Origin: Calditrichales bacterium | GTDB lineage: Bacteria > Calditrichota > Calditrichia > Calditrichales > J004 | Length of the DNA stretch: 64,000 nucleotides | Assembly (NCBI GenBank): GCA_965267575.1 | Contig: OZ254086.1 | Span: 4,032,001 to 4,096,000, forward strand | Direction of reading: 5' to 3' | Part shown: positions 18,527 to 27,670 of the stretch, piece by piece | Position numbering within the stretch: position 1 is the stretch's first letter | Layout: the number at the start of each line of letters is the position of its first letter | Made by a program: the position numbers and the translations under genes | The notes under the pieces: model-generated | What the model was told of the DNA's origin: nothing | Databases searched by the model: none | The model's input: only the letters and a program-made list of their open reading frames with translations

Positions 18527-20281
18527 TTAAGCCTGGTTTATGCTGTTCTTCTTGGCGTACAACTTGTCGACAAGAGAGCGCAGTTCGTTCAATTCAAACG
18601 GCTTACGCAAAAAGGCATCGGACATCTTGAGCAGGTCTTCCAGTTCATTGTCGATTTCATAACCGGTCATAAAAACAAAGTAACCGTTATAATGCGCTTC
18701 TTTGGCTTTTTTAAACAGCTCCGGCCCGGCCATGCCCGGCATATCCACATCACAAATGATCAGATTGTATGAAAACTCGGAGATGCGTTCCAGGGCTTCG
18801 GCGCCGTTGGAGGCACCATCCACCTTGTATCCTCCAAGAGAAAGCAGCTCGATTAATGAATCGAGGATTTCCGGCTCATCATCAATAATCAGGATACGGT
18901 TTTCCTTGGTTTGTGCGGCGTAGCGGGCCGAGCTGGCGCGAATATCCATGATCTTGGTTGTGAGGTAATCCTGCTGGCGCAGGCTGGTGATGCTTTTCAG
19001 GTTATCAACCAGTTCTATAATCCGCCGGATCATTTTGTTGGATTTTTCAAAATATTCACTGCGGCCGAATTCCTTTTCGACAAGGGACATGCTTATGGAG
19101 AGCACCTGCAGAGGCTGAGAGAATTCATGCGCAATGCCGCCGGCCAGTTCCTGCACGCTTTTGAGAGTTTCCGCTTTCTGGCGCGCTTTCTCCATCTTTC
19201 GTTTTTCCACATCATCAATGCGAACGGAAATAAAAAACGTTATATCGCCCAGATGGTTTTTGACTGGTGAAATCAGAACTTTTTCCCAGTAGAGCTGACC
19301 ATCCTTACGCTTGTTACAAATCTGCCCACGCCAGGAGTGGCCGGACAAAACGGTATCCCACAGGTCCTTGTAATATTCCTGATCATGTGTGCTGGATTTA
19401 AAGAGGCTGGGTTTATTACCTACGATTTCATCGCGTTCATAGCCTGTTGATTTGCAGAGAGCGTCATTTACATAGAGAATGCGCGCGTCACGGTCGGTGA
19501 TCATAATCGGGATCGGGCTCAGGTGGATCACCTGGCGGAAAGTAACAAGCTCTTCTTCCACCCGCCTTTGTTCGCTTGTGTCACGCATGTTGACGGTGAG
19601 GCACGGTTCGTTTTCCCAGGTCAGATCGCCCACAACAATTTCCACGCGTTTGGATTCGCCGGTGAAATTAAGCAAATCTATCTCGCGGATTTGCCCGGAG
19701 CGGATAGCGTATGGAAAAACCTCGCCCAAAAAACGCTGAGCACTGATGCCAAACTGCTTCTCACAGGCACTATTGATAAAACGTATCAAGCCGTCCCGGT
19801 TGAGTACCAGAAACGCGTCTTTTTGGGAGCGTATGACTTTCAGAAAGCGTTTTTCACTTTCGTGAAATTTTTGGCGCAGGTAATGGACCTGATCTTTCAA
19901 ACGGAAAATTTCATCGGCTTTGCGTAAAACACTTTCCATCATAGGACTGTTTAGCGAACGCACTGCCAAAGTCAGATCGCTTCCGTTGGGCAAAACGCTT
20001 TTAAGATAATCCTCTGAGTCTGATTGCAGCAGGCTGATGACCGGAATATGATAGCTTTGCGCTTTGCGTATCAGCTCTGCAGATTTTTCATTCTGGAAAG
20101 CACTGTCAAGGGCAAGCCCCACCGGGATAACGTTCAGCTTACGTTCCGGTGAACGCTTAACCAGGCTGTCCATCGGGAAAAAGTGCACATTCATGCGCTC
20201 CATTGCAAAAAGGCATGTGCGCACCAGCTCCAGATGCGTTTTGTCAAGGATATAGTAAAGATTGTAGGTTTGCTCGGACAT
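18527..20281 (-). CDS. PAS-PAS-HisKA-receiver signalling protein with no HATPase domain
   Basis: PAS domains, intact H-box LAGGIAHEFSQPL, short linker, then receiver ILIIDDE/DVDMP/MTGY/KPF. Confidence 0.88.
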   Translation of the reverse strand: MSEQTYNLYYILDKTHLELVRTCLFAMERMNVHFFPMDSLVKRSPERKLNVIPVGLALDSAFQNEKSAELIRKAQSYHIPVISLLQSDSEDYLKSVLPNGSDLTLAVRSLNSPMMESVLRKADEIFRLKDQVHYLRQKFHESEKRFLKVIRSQKDAFLVLNRDGLIRFINSACEKQFGISAQRFLGEVFPYAIRSGQIREIDLLNFTGESKRVEIVVGDLTWENEPCLTVNMRDTSEQRRVEEELVTFRQVIHLSPIPIMITDRDARILYVNDALCKSTGYERDEIVGNKPSLFKSSTHDQEYYKDLWDTVLSGHSWRGQICNKRKDGQLYWEKVLISPVKNHLGDITFFISVRIDDVEKRKMEKARQKAETLKSVQELAGGIAHEFSQPLQVLSISMSLVEKEFGRSEYFEKSNKMIRRIIELVDNLKSITSLRQQDYLTTKIMDIRASSARYAAQTKENRILIIDDEPEILDSLIELLSLGGYKVDGASNGAEALERISEFSYNLIICDVDMPGMAGPELFKKAKEAHYNGYFVFMTGYEIDNELEDLLKMSDAFLRKPFELNELRSLVDKLYAKKNSINQA

Positions 20282-20349
20282 GCGCTTTTATTGTGGTGTA
20301 CTGAAAAATCTATTGTCGTCTTGAGAATACGAAAAATTATATTTTAATG

Positions 20350-20378
20350 AAAAAGAAAAACGGGCCGTTTGGCCCGTT
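20350..20378 (-). terminator. Intrinsic terminator after the KamA-family gene
   Basis: aacgggcc-aaac-ggcccgtt followed by tttcttttt on the minus strand. Confidence 0.75.
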
Positions 20379-20392
20379 AATTTAAGGTAGGA

Positions 20393-21685
20393 TCAGTTAT
20401 TTATGGCGTCCGGCGCGCTGCTGAAATAGGGAAAAGGCTGCGTTCTGTTGAACTCCAGACCGTCTTCCAGTTCCAGCTCATCCAGCCAGGTCGCTGTTTC
20501 CGAATATTTGGCCAGGAATGGTTTATTGATATTGCGCGGATTCCGTGCCTGGATAAACTTAAGCACAAAATGCTTCTCACCGCCCAGTTCAATAATACCG
20601 TCTACCAACACTTTACCCGGATTCGCCGACATAGAAGGACCGCGCACAGTCTTGGCAAGCCCTGAAATATTGCTGTAGGCTTCGGTAAATATCGAATAAG
20701 CTCTGTGCAGCGGAACGGAAAAATATTCATGCGCGCCCGTGTCACGTTCAACAAACATATAATAAGGCACCATGCCCATTTCCACCTGTCTCTGCCACAT
20801 GGACGCCCATGTTCTGGCACTGTCATTTATGCCGCGAATCAGCGGGGCCTGCGTGCGGATCTGGATGCCGGCTTTGCGCAGGCGTCTGGCGGCCTGCTGC
20901 ACTTTTTCAGTTTCCATCTCACGCGGGTGACTGAAGTGTGCCATCAGTGCGATATGCTTGCCCTTTTTCTGCATTTCGTCAAATTTGCGCAGCAATTCAT
21001 CGCCTTCTTCGCCGAGATAGCGTTCCGGATGAAAGGAAAGAGACTTACTGCCAATACGCACGCTGCGAACATGCTCCAACTCGGGCATCATTGTTACATC
21101 AAGATAACCGAAAAGCGTTTTATTGGGCATAAACATTGGGTCGCCGCCCGTAAACAGGATGTCTGTGATTTCCTTGTGATAATCAAGGTAATCGAACAGA
21201 TCCTTCTGGTCTTTGGATTTGAATTTGTGTTCATCCAGGTTTACAAACTGCGCCCAGCGGAAACAATATGTACAATAAGAATGACATGTTTGTCCTTGCG
21301 CCGGGAAGAATAATGCAGTTTCACGGTATTTATGTTGAATACCGCCAAATGTGCGATCGCCGATACGGGGAATATTATCCTTCTGTCCATCCGGATGGGG
21401 ATTAAGGCTGAATCGTATCTTACTTACAGCTTCTCTCTCTTTCTCAAGCGTGTCTGCCTTCCTTAGCAGTGCCCAACTCTCTTCGGACAGCATGGATTCT
21501 CGTGGAAATAGCAAGCGATAGATCGGATCATCGTCGTAGTTATTCCAGTCAACAAGCTCGTTAACAACATATTTGCTAACTTTAAAAGGGAACACCTTTG
21601 CTAGAAGCTTAAGTTTCTCACGGTCATCCGGATGGATCTTCTCCGCGAACGGGGATGCCAAAAAACGTTTGATCGTGTAAAACAT
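20393..21685 (-). CDS. KamA-family (lysine 2,3-aminomutase-like) radical SAM protein
   Basis: HKYRET, CHSYCTYCFR, FTGGDP, QAPLIRGIND, PYYMF; AGGAG RBS before ATG 21685. Confidence 0.88.
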   Translation of the reverse strand: MFYTIKRFLASPFAEKIHPDDREKLKLLAKVFPFKVSKYVVNELVDWNNYDDDPIYRLLFPRESMLSEESWALLRKADTLEKEREAVSKIRFSLNPHPDGQKDNIPRIGDRTFGGIQHKYRETALFFPAQGQTCHSYCTYCFRWAQFVNLDEHKFKSKDQKDLFDYLDYHKEITDILFTGGDPMFMPNKTLFGYLDVTMMPELEHVRSVRIGSKSLSFHPERYLGEEGDELLRKFDEMQKKGKHIALMAHFSHPREMETEKVQQAARRLRKAGIQIRTQAPLIRGINDSARTWASMWQRQVEMGMVPYYMFVERDTGAHEYFSVPLHRAYSIFTEAYSNISGLAKTVRGPSMSANPGKVLVDGIIELGGEKHFVLKFIQARNPRNINKPFLAKYSETATWLDELELEDGLEFNRTQPFPYFSSAPDAINN

Positions 21686-21892
21686 AAGTTTTGAACTCTC
21701 CTTTCTGTTTTCAAGATAGCTAACTAAAATATAGGCTTCACCCGCATTATGCAAACCTGATTTTGTTGGCTTACCTTTCTTTACTTAACGCGCCCTTTAA
21801 ACAAAAGGCTCCAAATCATAGTAAAAATTTTTCGATTTCTTTGATTCTCTGCCGTAAATTGATCAATTCCATACAAGCCATAAGGAGGAAAA

Positions 21893-22957
21893 ATGGAATT
21901 TACTACCGATAAAGTTAAACAGCTGCTTGGCGCCGAAGCGGATTCGCTTTTAAACCATAAATGCAGCACTGTAAGCAAAGACCAATTGCACCTGCCGGGC
22001 GAGGACTTTGTTGATCGTATTTTCATCCCCAGTGATCGCTCTCCGCAAGTCTTACGCAGTTTGCAGACCATGTTCGATCACGGACGCCTGGCCAATAGCG
22101 GCTTCTTATCGATTTTGCCCGTAGACCAGGGTATCGAACACTCTGCCGGTGCTTCGTTTGCGCCCAACCCGATTTACTTCGATCCTGAAAACATCGTTAA
22201 GCTGGCCGTTGAAGGCGGTTGTAACGCCGTTGCTTCTACATTAGGGGTTTTGGCTTCAGTAAGCCGTAAATACGCCCACAGAATTCCATTTATTGTAAAA
22301 ATAAACCACAATGAACTGCTGACTTATCCATCGACTTACAATCAAATCCTTTTCAGCAGTGTGCAGGAAGCCTGGGACTTGGGTGCTGTAGCCGTGGGTG
22401 CCACAATCTATTTTGGTTCCGACCAGTCCGAGAGACAGATTATCGAAATCGCTGAAGCCTTTGAAGTAGCCCACGAATTAGGCATGGCAACCATCCTGTG
22501 GTGTTACCTGCGCAATTCCGACTTTAAAAAAGACGGAACAGACTACCACGTAGCTTCAGACCTGACCAGCCAGGCAATTCACCTGGGTGTTACGATCAAA
22601 GCGGATATTGTTAAGCAGAAAATGCCCGAAAACAACGGCGGCTACAATGCCATCAAGTTTGGTAAAACGCATCCCAAGGTGTACAGCGAACTGAGCAGCG
22701 ACCATCCGATCGACTTAACCCGTTATCAGGTTATTAACGCCTATATGGGTCGTGCCGGCCTGATTAACAGCGGCGGCGCATCAGGCGGCGAGAGCGACCT
22801 GGCAGAGGCCGTACGCACAGCTGTTATTAACAAGCGTGCCGGTGGCATGGGCCTGATAAGCGGACGTAAAGCTTTTCAGCGTCCGATGAAAGACGGTGTT
22901 CAACTGTTGAACGCCATCCAGGACGTTTATCTTAACGGTGATATTTCTGTAGCTTGA
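21893..22957 (+). CDS. fbaB: Class I fructose-bisphosphate aldolase
   Basis: [30 protein letters not shown]. Confidence 0.95.
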   Translation: MEFTTDKVKQLLGAEADSLLNHKCSTVSKDQLHLPGEDFVDRIFIPSDRSPQVLRSLQTMFDHGRLANSGFLSILPVDQGIEHSAGASFAPNPIYFDPENIVKLAVEGGCNAVASTLGVLASVSRKYAHRIPFIVKINHNELLTYPSTYNQILFSSVQEAWDLGAVAVGATIYFGSDQSERQIIEIAEAFEVAHELGMATILWCYLRNSDFKKDGTDYHVASDLTSQAIHLGVTIKADIVKQKMPENNGGYNAIKFGKTHPKVYSELSSDHPIDLTRYQVINAYMGRAGLINSGGASGGESDLAEAVRTAVINKRAGGMGLISGRKAFQRPMKDGVQLLNAIQDVYLNGDISVA

Positions 22958-22980
22958 TATAACGGGTCAGGCAAAAATAC

Positions 22981-23013
22981 AGGCGGCTGCTTTAAGAAGC
23001 AGCCGCCTTTTTT
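22981..23013 (+). terminator. Intrinsic terminator between convergent genes
   Basis: aggcggctgct-ttaaga-agcagccgcct followed by a T-run. Confidence 0.85.
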
Positions 23014-23025
23014 GTAACGTAATTT

Positions 23026-24042
23026 TCAGAATACAATTCCCAAACTATAATGATGCACGGGATTTAACACCCCAAAATCCTGCCAGGCGTAATCCACGCG
23101 CAGCTTTACGCCGCCTACACCATACAAAAGTCCCCCGCCGAACGTGAGACCCTGCTCGCCATCCAGTTCAAACAGCGCTTTGTAACCGGCCCGTATAAAG
23201 GCCTGATTGTTAAAGCTGTATTCGATACCACTGTTCACATATTCGCTGTGGTCGTTGGGATGAACAGCCTCCAGAGACATGGTCACGGTAGAACGTCCCT
23301 CCATGAAGATATCTGATGCGGCACCCACCCGAAATTGCAGCGGCAAATCCCAGCTATCCAGCTCCACATCGGCGTTGATGAGATTACCGTCGCCGGGCCC
23401 CACACTGATAACTTCTTTGGAATCCCTTCCGCTCATGCGCATTTTGGTGCCAAAGTTGGAAATGCTGGCACCCAGACGCAGCTCGTTCAATACTTCAATT
23501 CGGTATAAGACGCCTATATCCAGCGCGACGCCCTGAGCGTTACTGTTATAGATTTTCTCATGGATATATTTCAGATTAAAGCCAATGGCGAATTTTTCCG
23601 TAAGCATGCGCGCGTACGAAAGCCCGATGGCCATCATGTTGGCATCGAACAACTCTCCCGTACCTTCCGGCGCGTCAACGGTTCGCACAGGCAGGTCGGA
23701 GATGGCATCCACGGCAAGAATATGCGCGGCGATTGTTCCGATGACAGGTATGTTCAGCTTGGCCGCGGCCTGATCCACGCTTACATCTGCAAACCACTCC
23801 ACGTGATTAAAAGCAGCTTCGCCTGTTCCATCGCCATAGGCCAGGCCTGCAGGATTCCAGTAAACGGCCGACAGATCGTTGGCATTGGCGGTAAATGCAC
23901 CGCCCATCCCGATGGCACGCGGACCAAGATCAATTTTCAGGAACTGCGCCGCCGTGGTACCGGTTTTTTGCAGGTCCTGCCCGCACAGCAAAGCCGGCAG
24001 CGCAACAATCAACGATAGTAAAAAAGCTTTTTTCAGAAACAT
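23026..24042 (-). CDS. PorV/PorQ-family outer-membrane beta-barrel
   Basis: Signal peptide, GTTAAQFLKI..GPRAIGMGGA, YWNPAGL, amphipathic strands, C-terminal Phe. Confidence 0.85.
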   Translation of the reverse strand: MFLKKAFLLSLIVALPALLCGQDLQKTGTTAAQFLKIDLGPRAIGMGGAFTANANDLSAVYWNPAGLAYGDGTGEAAFNHVEWFADVSVDQAAAKLNIPVIGTIAAHILAVDAISDLPVRTVDAPEGTGELFDANMMAIGLSYARMLTEKFAIGFNLKYIHEKIYNSNAQGVALDIGVLYRIEVLNELRLGASISNFGTKMRMSGRDSKEVISVGPGDGNLINADVELDSWDLPLQFRVGAASDIFMEGRSTVTMSLEAVHPNDHSEYVNSGIEYSFNNQAFIRAGYKALFELDGEQGLTFGGGLLYGVGGVKLRVDYAWQDFGVLNPVHHYSLGIVF

Positions 24043-24052
24043 AGTTTTCCCC

Positions 24053-27000
24053 TTACTTGATTAAGGCGAATTTTACAATTTTTTCGCCAACACCCGGTGC
24101 ATCTATATGGGCTACGTACACGCCGTAAGCAACACTGAAGCCGTCTTCACTGAGCAGGTTCCAGTATTCACGTCCGTTTTCGAGACCCGTGTTGTGCTCT
24201 ATTTTGCGCACAAGTTGCCCGCTTAAAGTAAAAATGCGGATGGTGCACTGCGGCGGCAGGTTTTCGAAATAGATGCGCCGCTCGCCACGAAGTTTTCCGG
24301 GTATGCGCGTTGTCGGCTCGATATCGCTGTAGCCCACGTAGGGGTTGGGCACGACATATACATCGTCCAGACGGCTTTTGGCCACAGCGTTGTCCTCTTT
24401 GGCGCTTTCGGTGTTTATAAGATAGACATCATCGGTCGTAAGCGGCCGTTTGGTGCGCAGATAAAGCGTATCACCGTCGGTTGGCAGGCGTGTGCCCTGT
24501 GCCGTATCCTCGATCGTGCCAATGGTTAATGTCCACGTAAGGGTGTCCGTGAAGAAGTCATCGGAGCCCGGTTTGTAGAAGAAAATATCGTCTCCGGGTG
24601 TCCACGCGTCATCATTAAACCTGTCACGCAGCAAGGTTATGAGTTTTTCCGTCTGCCCGTCAAAATCATAATAGACACTGTAGTTGACCGGTATGGGCTT
24701 GGGCGTTCCCTGCCCGAAATCCAGCGCCGTGTCGATTTCACTTTCGCTGAAGACAACATAGTATTCGGCCGCTTCTTCCCTGCCCACCTTGGCCGGATTC
24801 AGTTTATCTACATACAGGCTGAAATCGAGCTCAAGATCATCGCTGGAGAAGCCTGAGCGCTCTGTGTCGACAACCATCTGCGGATCATTTCTGACGGTCA
24901 CGGTTATGCCGTCGAAGACCGGATTGCCGTCCTGCCCTTCAAGCAAGCGGCTTTTGTATATCGGGAAGAACCGGTAAGTAATCGTATATTCCACGCCGTC
25001 GGTCATATCGCTGTTGTCGGTGCGCTTGATCGCGCCACGCGACGCCAGCAGTTCGAAATCGTCTTCCGTGTAAACCGTACCCGAGGCGTCTTTCACCTCG
25101 AAAAGGTCATCGACAATAATATTTTCGTAATCAAGATCTGTTATTTTGTCGCCAAACAGGAAAAACGTTTCGGTATGCGGTGATTCCCTTGTCAGTGAAT
25201 AATTGAGGGTTTCTACTTCCTCGCCATCCACAAACATGGAATCATCGAAGGTAAGCGTGTACTGCTCGTCTGGCACGACAAGTTCGTTTAACACGGTCAA
25301 CTCTACATCGGCCGTCGCTACACCCTGATCATGAACAACGTTTTTGGAATTGATGTCTGGCGATACAAATCCCGCGGCGCGTTTGCCGGGAATGGCCGAG
25401 ACCGTGTTGTCATCAAAAGTCAGTTCCTGCGTAATCGGATCCAGGGTTATTTTTTTGGTTGTTTCCGACGGCGGAATAACATTGTCATCACCGTGGTCAT
25501 AGGCCACGACGGCATAATAGTAGGTTTGGCCATTAACCACATCATTACTGTCAACGAATGAATGAACCAGGCCCGTATTATCACCCAGGTAATATTGCAC
25601 GCCCCTGCCCGGATACGGCACCGGGTGATAGCCTTTCCAGGTATCTTCAATATCGGTTGACCATTCACCATCCTGATTCAAATCAACAAACGGTTCACCC
25701 TCATCAAACTTGCCGTTGTTATTCACATCTGTGAATGGTTCCGGGCGCACGGCAATGTCAAAGCGGGCATCACGTCCATTGGTCATTTTAAGCGGTTCGC
25801 TGAGGAAGCGTGTCCCACGCCCGTCTGTAATCTGCTGAATATCATCAAAGCTCGGATCGGTGCTGCGATAGATCACATAGCCTTCAAAGTCTTTGCCCGT
25901 GAGGGGATCGATGCTTTCTTCCGCACGATCGTCCCAGTATAGCGTCACCTTTTTGTCCCCCGGAACAGCCGTAACTTTGGGCTTTGTCGGCGGACGGAAA
26001 AACTGGTAATTGTTATTGTAAATACGCTGGACCGATTCAGCACTTAGCAAAAGATCATCCAGCGTCTCGCCAAACAGCATTGCCATGGAGATACGCTTGG
26101 TTTCACCTTTTTTAAGTGAGATGTAACCGGAGCCGTAAATGAACACGATATCTGTGTTTTGCTGAATCTGGCTGAAACCATTATAGCCGGTGGCGGGATT
26201 GTTGGGCCGGGTACGACGCCACATCTCTTCATCGTTATTTACACCGCCGACGCCTTCGGCATTCCAAACCCAGCTGCTGAAACTGGTCAAGCCAATCTGG
26301 TCTGCTTCGTCCAAATCGGTAAACTCAAAGTTTGGCTCACCCGGCGCCAGGGGATCAAGCGTTCCATCGGCCAACCGCCTGCCGGCAGTCGGCACGCCGT
26401 CTCCTTCACCCACATCATCGGTGCCGGCAATACCATCAATTCCCACATCATGCAGCAATGGGTCCCAGTCACCGTCGTTGTCGATACCATCATCCTGACG
26501 CTCGTCGATCATGCCGTCACCATCGTTGTCAATACCGTCGTCGGGGTTGCCGGGGCTCTCCAGGAATTTACAGCCAAGGTAGCCCGTAGGCAGACCGAAG
26601 CTTCCTTCACCGTCCGGGTCCCAGAAATAGACCATACTACGCGCGTAAATCGGTATGTCGCTTACATCCTGTTGCGGCGTTGTATAGGGCGGTATAAAAA
26701 AGCCGTTGTCGTCCTTGTTTTCCGCTCCCACGGTTCCAAATACGCCGAGGTCCGGGTCACCGTAAATTGCAAAAACAACGCTGTCCAAGTCTTTATCGCT
26801 TACGTTCGTGATCGTATAGAGGAAGAAAACGGTGTTCTCAGCAAGAGCGTTGCTCCACTGAAAAGCGCGCCCTTCCACCTGCACGCCCAAACCGCGGCGC
26901 GAAGAGTCATCAACAAAAGGATAATAGGGAAATTCCGCGTTGTGGCGGTCATCCATGCCCCAGAATACTTCCAGGTCGGCGTTATTTTCGCCAACCGTCA

Positions 27001-27670
27001 ACAGTCCGGGCCAGACATACTCACCCAGCGTTTCATTATACCAGTCCCGCGGCCAGCTGTCCGGTTTACCGTCACCGTCATCATCCGGGGCGGGGTTGGA
27101 GGCCATCTTATCCTGATTGGGATCGGAATAGCCTGTCAGCGGTTCCCACTGCCAACGCTCGTTTGTGATCGGGTCCAGTTCCTGCAACCCGTAAATCACA
27201 TAGTCATTCACGCCATCGGACATGATGCGCAGCCGCTGTGTCGGATCGGCGCTGTCCGGAACGGATGCTCCAACCAGCGGTCCAAACTGGTAAACGTAAG
27301 ACAAATTGCGCCAAACCACGTTATCCACACCACGCAGGGGATCTTCGCCACCCGGCCCGATGCCGCCGTAGTTGTAAACAACGGTGGTCAGGCGGTTGCC
27401 GTTCATGATCAGCCCTTTGCGCGGCTCGTGATTGGTGATATCGCTGTTTTTAAGCATAAATGCCGGAGGCGTATTGCTGTCGCCTTTAGACGGCCCTTCA
27501 TCGCTGCTGCGGGGCGACCAGGCCGGCATATAGCGCTCGATATGGGCTTTTACCGCTTCATGCTCGCTCCGGCGCTGCGATTCATCGGTGCCGGCATCCT
27601 GTGCCCAGGCGCCAAATACCAGCAGAAGCGTAATCAGTAATGTGCTTTTTAAATACATGTGTAACCTCAT
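24053..27670 (-). CDS. Large acidic secreted/surface protein with DxDxDG Ca-binding repeats, FN3-like domain and T9SS-like C-terminal domain
   Basis: Signal peptide; DGIDNDGDG repeats; GDKKVTLYW..FEGYVIYRS; C-terminal VVPNPY..IRIFTLSGQLV..W..GVY..KFALIK. Confidence 0.8.
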   Translation of the reverse strand: MRLHMYLKSTLLITLLLVFGAWAQDAGTDESQRRSEHEAVKAHIERYMPAWSPRSSDEGPSKGDSNTPPAFMLKNSDITNHEPRKGLIMNGNRLTTVVYNYGGIGPGGEDPLRGVDNVVWRNLSYVYQFGPLVGASVPDSADPTQRLRIMSDGVNDYVIYGLQELDPITNERWQWEPLTGYSDPNQDKMASNPAPDDDGDGKPDSWPRDWYNETLGEYVWPGLLTVGENNADLEVFWGMDDRHNAEFPYYPFVDDSSRRGLGVQVEGRAFQWSNALAENTVFFLYTITNVSDKDLDSVVFAIYGDPDLGVFGTVGAENKDDNGFFIPPYTTPQQDVSDIPIYARSMVYFWDPDGEGSFGLPTGYLGCKFLESPGNPDDGIDNDGDGMIDERQDDGIDNDGDWDPLLHDVGIDGIAGTDDVGEGDGVPTAGRRLADGTLDPLAPGEPNFEFTDLDEADQIGLTSFSSWVWNAEGVGGVNNDEEMWRRTRPNNPATGYNGFSQIQQNTDIVFIYGSGYISLKKGETKRISMAMLFGETLDDLLLSAESVQRIYNNNYQFFRPPTKPKVTAVPGDKKVTLYWDDRAEESIDPLTGKDFEGYVIYRSTDPSFDDIQQITDGRGTRFLSEPLKMTNGRDARFDIAVRPEPFTDVNNNGKFDEGEPFVDLNQDGEWSTDIEDTWKGYHPVPYPGRGVQYYLGDNTGLVHSFVDSNDVVNGQTYYYAVVAYDHGDDNVIPPSETTKKITLDPITQELTFDDNTVSAIPGKRAAGFVSPDINSKNVVHDQGVATADVELTVLNELVVPDEQYTLTFDDSMFVDGEEVETLNYSLTRESPHTETFFLFGDKITDLDYENIIVDDLFEVKDASGTVYTEDDFELLASRGAIKRTDNSDMTDGVEYTITYRFFPIYKSRLLEGQDGNPVFDGITVTVRNDPQMVVDTERSGFSSDDLELDFSLYVDKLNPAKVGREEAAEYYVVFSESEIDTALDFGQGTPKPIPVNYSVYYDFDGQTEKLITLLRDRFNDDAWTPGDDIFFYKPGSDDFFTDTLTWTLTIGTIEDTAQGTRLPTDGDTLYLRTKRPLTTDDVYLINTESAKEDNAVAKSRLDDVYVVPNPYVGYSDIEPTTRIPGKLRGERRIYFENLPPQCTIRIFTLSGQLVRKIEHNTGLENGREYWNLLSEDGFSVAYGVYVAHIDAPGVGEKIVKFALIK

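Noticed and set aside
26380..26545. Short nucleotide repeats within the 1205-aa gene as a possible DGR or VNTR
   Set aside because: They encode DGIDNDGDG calcium-binding repeats; there is no adenine-specific template/variable repeat pair and no reverse transcriptase
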